Assembly (NCBI GenBank): GCA_963677595.1
Contig: OY782041.1
Coordinates: 1,184,001 to 1,248,000 of the forward strand
Direction: 5' to 3'
Source of the DNA: Spirochaetia bacterium
Lineage (GTDB): Bacteria > Spirochaetota > Spirochaetia > CAKZLE01
Length of the DNA stretch: 64,000 bases
In this document: one piece after another, positions 59,775-64,000 of the stretch
How the letters are laid out: every line of letters begins with the position of its first letter
Position numbering within the stretch: the stretch's first letter is position 1
Notes under the pieces: model-generated
Seen by the model: only the letters and a program-made list of their open reading frames with translations
Database searches by the model: none
Told to the model about the DNA's origin: nothing
Position numbers and translations under genes: made by a program

Positions 59775-60976
59775 GAGGGTATCACCAGCTTCCTGAACGC
59801 AGCGAGGAACGCATCTTTCCCTTCTGGACGATCTCCGATCCCCTGCCAGACAGGCGGCCTGCCGCCGCCTTTCGCCCCTATGAGGGGGAAGAGCTCGTTC
59901 CTGACGGTGGGAAAATCGATCCCGGCAGAACCGCCTGCAGCAATCAGCCACTGCAGCTTCCCGTCCACATTCTCCTGGACCATGCAGAGATAATAGTCTT
60001 TCCCTTCCGGGAGGTTCTTCGAGATGGTCCTCAGGATACCGGCAGGCCTGTCTGAGAGATCCACAGCTATGACTAGTTTATTATTATGAGTCATACCAGA
60101 GAAGAACTCCTGTGCTATGAGTTGGAGGGCAAGTTCCTTCTCCAAGGCGGTCACCTGTGCCTGCAGGTCCTTCACCTGCTCGCTCTTCTGCCTCGCCGCC
60201 CTCGTGATGTCCTGCAGCTTGGCGGAGAACAGTGTACCGAGCTCCCCGGCGACCCTGTTCTTCTCCCGATAATCGCGGTAGGCACGTTCCCCGATCTTGA
60301 AGACGAGCCGCAGCCGGCCGCGGATAGTCTCGGTGCCGATGCACGAGATCAGGCCGACCTCCCCGGTCCGTTCGGTATGAAGTCCCCCGCATGCCACGAC
60401 ATCACACTCCTCGATGGTGACGAGTCGGATCTTCCCCGACACCTTCGGGGCCCTGCGCAGGGAAGCCGCATCTAATTCATGATCCATCTTCTCATCCGCA
60501 TGGATGGGAAGGTTCCTGGTGATGACCGCATTGGAGAGTAGTTCGATCTGTTCGATCTCCTCAGGACGTATCTCCTCCCGCGCGATCTCGATGGTCGTGT
60601 ACTCCTCACCCTGATGCACCGAGACCGTATCGATCGAGAGGGCGTCATACATGACTCCCGAGATGATATGCTGTCCGGTATGCTGCTGCATGTAATCATA
60701 GCGGTGTTCCCAGTCGAGTGAGCACTCGAGGGTATCACCTGCATCGTATTTCGGCTTCTCCCCCGTGATATGGAGGATGTCCCCGTCATGCTTGATGGTA
60801 TCTACCACCTCAGAGGTCCCGATCATTCCACGGTCCCCTGGCTGCCCTCCTCCTTCAGGATAACACAGCGTCTCTTCAAGCCTGGTTCCCCACTGGTTCT
60901 TATAGGGCTCGACGGAAGCGACGGTCGCGCTCCATGTAGTATCATAGGTCCGTTCGTAGTAGCTCTTCTTTGTCAT
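59771..60976 (-). CDS. AlaX-type alanyl-tRNA editing protein with DHHA1 domain
   Basis: YPEGGGQPGD, MQQHTGQH, CGGLH...TGEVG, KGGG. Confidence 0.9.
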   Translation of the reverse strand: MTKKSYYERTYDTTWSATVASVEPYKNQWGTRLEETLCYPEGGGQPGDRGMIGTSEVVDTIKHDGDILHITGEKPKYDAGDTLECSLDWEHRYDYMQQHTGQHIISGVMYDALSIDTVSVHQGEEYTTIEIAREEIRPEEIEQIELLSNAVITRNLPIHADEKMDHELDAASLRRAPKVSGKIRLVTIEECDVVACGGLHTERTGEVGLISCIGTETIRGRLRLVFKIGERAYRDYREKNRVAGELGTLFSAKLQDITRAARQKSEQVKDLQAQVTALEKELALQLIAQEFFSGMTHNNKLVIAVDLSDRPAGILRTISKNLPEGKDYYLCMVQENVDGKLQWLIAAGGSAGIDFPTVRNELFPLIGAKGGGRPPVWQGIGDRPEGKDAFLAAFRKLVIPS

Positions 60977-61538
60977 TCCTTGCCTCATGTAAATCTTCTA
61001 TCCTGTTGATGTTCTTCATCCACCAGCCCTCGACGTCAATGGTCTGAGTCTCCATCCTCCCGGTGATCTGCACGATGCGGAGATCACTAGAGTCCATGGC
61101 TTCCCTGAAGAATGGAAGTGCGGAAGCTGCGTACCGTCCGGGGAAGGGATGCCGTTCCCCATGATGGGAGACCAGCAGTGCATCCCCATAGGGCTCTTCG
61201 TACGAAGTCAGCCGCTCCAGCAGGTCCTCCGGATGCCAGATGGTGTCACAGCTGAGAATCAGCAGTTCCGGGCAGGGGGCGAGGTATTCCATCGCCGTTA
61301 TGATCCCTGCGACCGGGGTCGAGGAGGAACAGGTATCGGCGATCGACTCCACGCCCGGGAAGGCATAGAGTCCCGGCTCCTTGGAGACGATCAGGACCCT
61401 GCCGGTGACGACACGGGCAAGCTCCACGATATGCTCGATGAGCTGTACCTGCCCGATACGGGCCAGCGCCTTGTTGGAACCGAATCTCCTGCTGCCACCG
61501 CCTGCCAGTATGACTGCCGGCATCGTTTCTCCACCCAT
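60942..61538 (-). CDS. mobA: Molybdenum cofactor guanylyltransferase
   Basis: VILAGG.SRRFG.NKA, LSCD, HP..G.Y, NIN...D; start 61538 or 61523. Confidence 0.82.
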   Translation of the reverse strand: MGGETMPAVILAGGGSRRFGSNKALARIGQVQLIEHIVELARVVTGRVLIVSKEPGLYAFPGVESIADTCSSSTPVAGIITAMEYLAPCPELLILSCDTIWHPEDLLERLTSYEEPYGDALLVSHHGERHPFPGRYAASALPFFREAMDSSDLRIVQITGRMETQTIDVEGWWMKNINRIEDLHEARNDKEELLRTDL

Positions 61539-61658
61539 ACCTGTATTGTACGCATATGTCCGGCTGTCAGCAAGAAGAATCATGGAGTTCAACGTAGACG
61601 ATACGCATAAAAACGGCTATCTTATAGGTGGACTCAGAACAAGGAGATCGAAACACGT

Positions 61659-62249
61659 ATGGCACGGATAAAATCAGCACTTGAACTCGCCATGGAGCGA
61701 ATAGAAGATATAGAGAGCGACCCTGAACAGATCAGGAAGGACAGGCTCACCCAGCAGGGAAAGAGACTCGCGGGTTCATTCCTCTTCTCACACGATAAGA
61801 CCATCGAGGAGACGCAGGCAGACCTCAAGGCAGTTCCCGACGCGGATGTCGATCTCGTGAGACAGGCGATGACCGATACTGCCCTCGCAAACCTCAGCCT
61901 GCCCCAGGATGAGAACTACGTCGACGGCCTCGGAAAGATCAAGGCCCTGCTCACGCTCCTCTCAAGCGGCGGGGAAGACCTCATGGGCCTCTTCGTGCAG
62001 ACTGACAACCTCTACAACCAGTACCTGACCATGAAGGAACAGACCTATGACCAGCTCGTGGAGCAGTTCAAGCCAAGGCTCGAGCAGAAGCGGAAGATGA
62101 TCCAGCAGCAGACAGGCCAGAACATCGAGATCCAGCCGGAGATGGACAAGGACTTCATGCAGATGGCGAACCAGACCTTCAAGCGGATGGATGATCAGTT
62201 CACTCAGGTCCTCGGCCAGCTGAAGGACGCGATCCGGGAGACGCTGTAG
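61659..62249 (+). CDS. Conserved hypothetical helical protein (DUF6657-like)
   Basis: MARIKSALELAMER N-terminus, NLSLP, coiled-coil C-terminus. Confidence 0.75.
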   Translation: MARIKSALELAMERIEDIESDPEQIRKDRLTQQGKRLAGSFLFSHDKTIEETQADLKAVPDADVDLVRQAMTDTALANLSLPQDENYVDGLGKIKALLTLLSSGGEDLMGLFVQTDNLYNQYLTMKEQTYDQLVEQFKPRLEQKRKMIQQQTGQNIEIQPEMDKDFMQMANQTFKRMDDQFTQVLGQLKDAIRETL

Positions 62250-62376
62250 TCCAGAGAACCATTCTACCTGCTTTCATTTGGGCTGCAGCTGAACTGCATG
62301 TTCCGTATAAAGCAGGTATTCCCTCCCCTTCATATGACACAAGTTCCTCAAGTAAAAAATAATTTCATACTGCCTC

Positions 62377-62430
62377 TTGACAATCTCCCCATATGGGTCT
62401 ACAGTATTACTGTACTACTTAGTTAGTACA
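62377..62430 (+). promoter_or_regulatory. sigma70 promoter plus YtrA-type GntR operator
   Basis: TTGACA-N17-TACAGT, then palindrome TGTACTA-N6-TAGTACA (62411-62430). Confidence 0.7.
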
Positions 62431-62453
62431 CTAGATCATTAAAGGAGTGATGT

Positions 62454-63287
62454 ATGATCACGATAAACAACCTTTCCTTTTCCTATGGCAGAAAGCCATT
62501 GTTTACCGGTCTGCAACTAGATGTCCCTCCAGGGAATATATATGGGCTGCTTGGTATGAACGGGGCCGGGAAGACAACACTGCTGAAGCTGATCGCGGGA
62601 CAGTTGTTCCGCAGTTCAGGTGAGACCTCAGTCCTCGGGTACGACCCGGTGAAGCGGCACCCGGACATGCTTGCCGACATCTTCTACCTTCCGGAGGAGT
62701 TCTATTTGCCGAACATGAACACGGCGACCTTCCTCAAGCTGAACGTCCCCTTCTACCCAAAGTTCGACCAGGCTGCGTTCGACCGGTACATCTCGGAATT
62801 CGCCCTCGATATCAACCAGAAGATCAGCGACTACTCGTACGGACAGAAGAAGAAGTTCCTGCTCTCCTTCGGGCTCGCATCGAACACCTCGCTGCTGATC
62901 CTCGATGAGCCGACGAACGGACTCGACATACCGTCCAAGACCCAGTTCAGGAGGACGGTAGCCTCTGCCCTCACCGAGGAGCGGTCCTTCATCATCTCGA
63001 CCCACCAGGTCCGGGACATGGAGAACCTGATCAACCCGGTCATCATCCTCCATAACGGGGTCATCGTCCTGAACGAGAGCCTGGAAGCCGTATCAGAGCA
63101 CGTTTCCATCTCACTCGAGGTGGAGGAACCCCTCGATGCTGACGTCATCTACACCGAGAAGGTCCCGGGAGGCTACTCGGTGGTCAGGAAGAACCCTGAG
63201 GGGGACTTCGAGTCAGCACTCGACCTTGAGACCCTGTTCAATGCGGTGATCGCATCTCCCGCTTCATTCAAAGGAGGACTGTCATGA
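62454..63287 (+). CDS. ABC-2 type transporter ATP-binding protein
   Basis: Walker A GMNGAGKTT, signature YSYGQ, Walker B ILDEP, STH. Confidence 0.95.
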   Translation: MITINNLSFSYGRKPLFTGLQLDVPPGNIYGLLGMNGAGKTTLLKLIAGQLFRSSGETSVLGYDPVKRHPDMLADIFYLPEEFYLPNMNTATFLKLNVPFYPKFDQAAFDRYISEFALDINQKISDYSYGQKKKFLLSFGLASNTSLLILDEPTNGLDIPSKTQFRRTVASALTEERSFIISTHQVRDMENLINPVIILHNGVIVLNESLEAVSEHVSISLEVEEPLDADVIYTEKVPGGYSVVRKNPEGDFESALDLETLFNAVIASPASFKGGLS

Positions 63288-64000
63288 GACATATACCGCT
63301 GTTACTTAAGAAACAATTCTACGAGGACAGGAAGGGCCTGATCATCTATGCCGCTGTCATATTATGCGTCATGATCATCCCCAACCTCATCGCCGGGTTC
63401 ATCGGCCAGCTCGGGTTGAACTCGTTCTCCGAGGACTATCGCTCCCTCTTCGGGAACTTCCTCTATATCGGCGGGTTCATCATGGTCAGCATGGCCTTCT
63501 CCGAAGGCATGTACAGTAAGGTCAAACAGCATGCCTGGCTGATGACTCCTGCCCATGCCCATGAGAAGCTCATCGCGAAGGAGCTCTCCTATGCCGCAAT
63601 CTACCCGCTGGCACTCATGCTCTTCATGTTCATCTCTTCAACAATCGTCGCCGGGCTCGACAGGCTCTTCTTCGGGGTCACCCATGAGATCTTCAACCTT
63701 GCAGACCCTGCAGTATGGAAGATGGTACTCTACTACCTGGTCGGCCAGTCGATCTTCATACTGGGTGCGACCTACTTCAAGAAGGCCCACTTCATCAAGA
63801 CAGTCCTGGCTATCCTGCTGTTCTTGGTCGTCTTCGGGCTCCTTGCCATGCTCTTCGCCAGGATCATCTATGCCCCCTATGCCAAGGTCATGTTCCACGG
63901 CAACATCAACCTGAGCTTCAATGAGACTACCCTCATGCTCAGTGACCGTCTCCAGAACCTGTTCAACTTCTTGGAAGTCACCGGCAAGGTGTTCTTCTGG
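63284..64000 (+). CDS. ABC-2 type permease, 3'-truncated
   Basis: ATGA overlap; MRHIPLLLKKQFYEDRKGLIIY..., WLMTPA..HEK, multiple TM helices; open to window end. Confidence 0.8.
   Translation, partial: MRHIPLLLKKQFYEDRKGLIIYAAVILCVMIIPNLIAGFIGQLGLNSFSEDYRSLFGNFLYIGGFIMVSMAFSEGMYSKVKQHAWLMTPAHAHEKLIAKELSYAAIYPLALMLFMFISSTIVAGLDRLFFGVTHEIFNLADPAVWKMVLYYLVGQSIFILGATYFKKAHFIKTVLAILLFLVVFGLLAMLFARIIYAPYAKVMFHGNINLSFNETTLMLSDRLQNLFNFLEVTGKVFFW

Noticed and set aside
58487-61538. mobA-alaX-alkD-yqaA as one functional system
   Set aside because: Genes overlap but have unrelated known functions; looks like a mixed housekeeping operon

Overview
Ordinary chromosomal DNA from a GC-rich anaerobic bacterium, probably a free-living spirochaete (Spirochaetia). 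This is inferred from the polA-coaE-SPOR synteny, epmA beside efp, a 'MARIKSALELAMER'-type hypothetical and an ankyrin lipoprotein. About 57 CDS; no rRNA, tRNA, CRISPR or mobile element was recognised. Contents in order: tail of an [FeFe]-hydrogenase-like Fe-S protein; M16C peptidase; EF-P beta-lysylation cluster (epmA-efp-methyltransferase-Rrf2 ><- epmB/kamA); MFS; Pel exopolysaccharide locus; GNAT; unannotated 50-aa membrane peptide coupled to an APC-USP transporter; SPOR-coaE-polA-PhnP; branched-chain 2-oxoacid fermentation operon (Cys-rich ORF-vorCBA-buk-ptb); DsrE-hcp; MarR-MATE; FASII/ACC cluster using FabV; FadR-glycerate kinase; purine salvage (hpt, fungal-like PRT, purA, purB); ankyrin lipoprotein-HAD; mobA-alaX-alkD-yqaA; start of a YtrA-type ABC operon. 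The standout is the Pel locus. It is the Gram-positive type (pelD, DUF2194 pelA, pelE, pelF, pelG, no pelB/pelC) and is split into two convergent operons. Its PelG carries a ~400-aa acidic C-terminal extension containing three 54-aa (162-bp) tandem repeats. All calls come from motif recognition by eye; no database searches were run.
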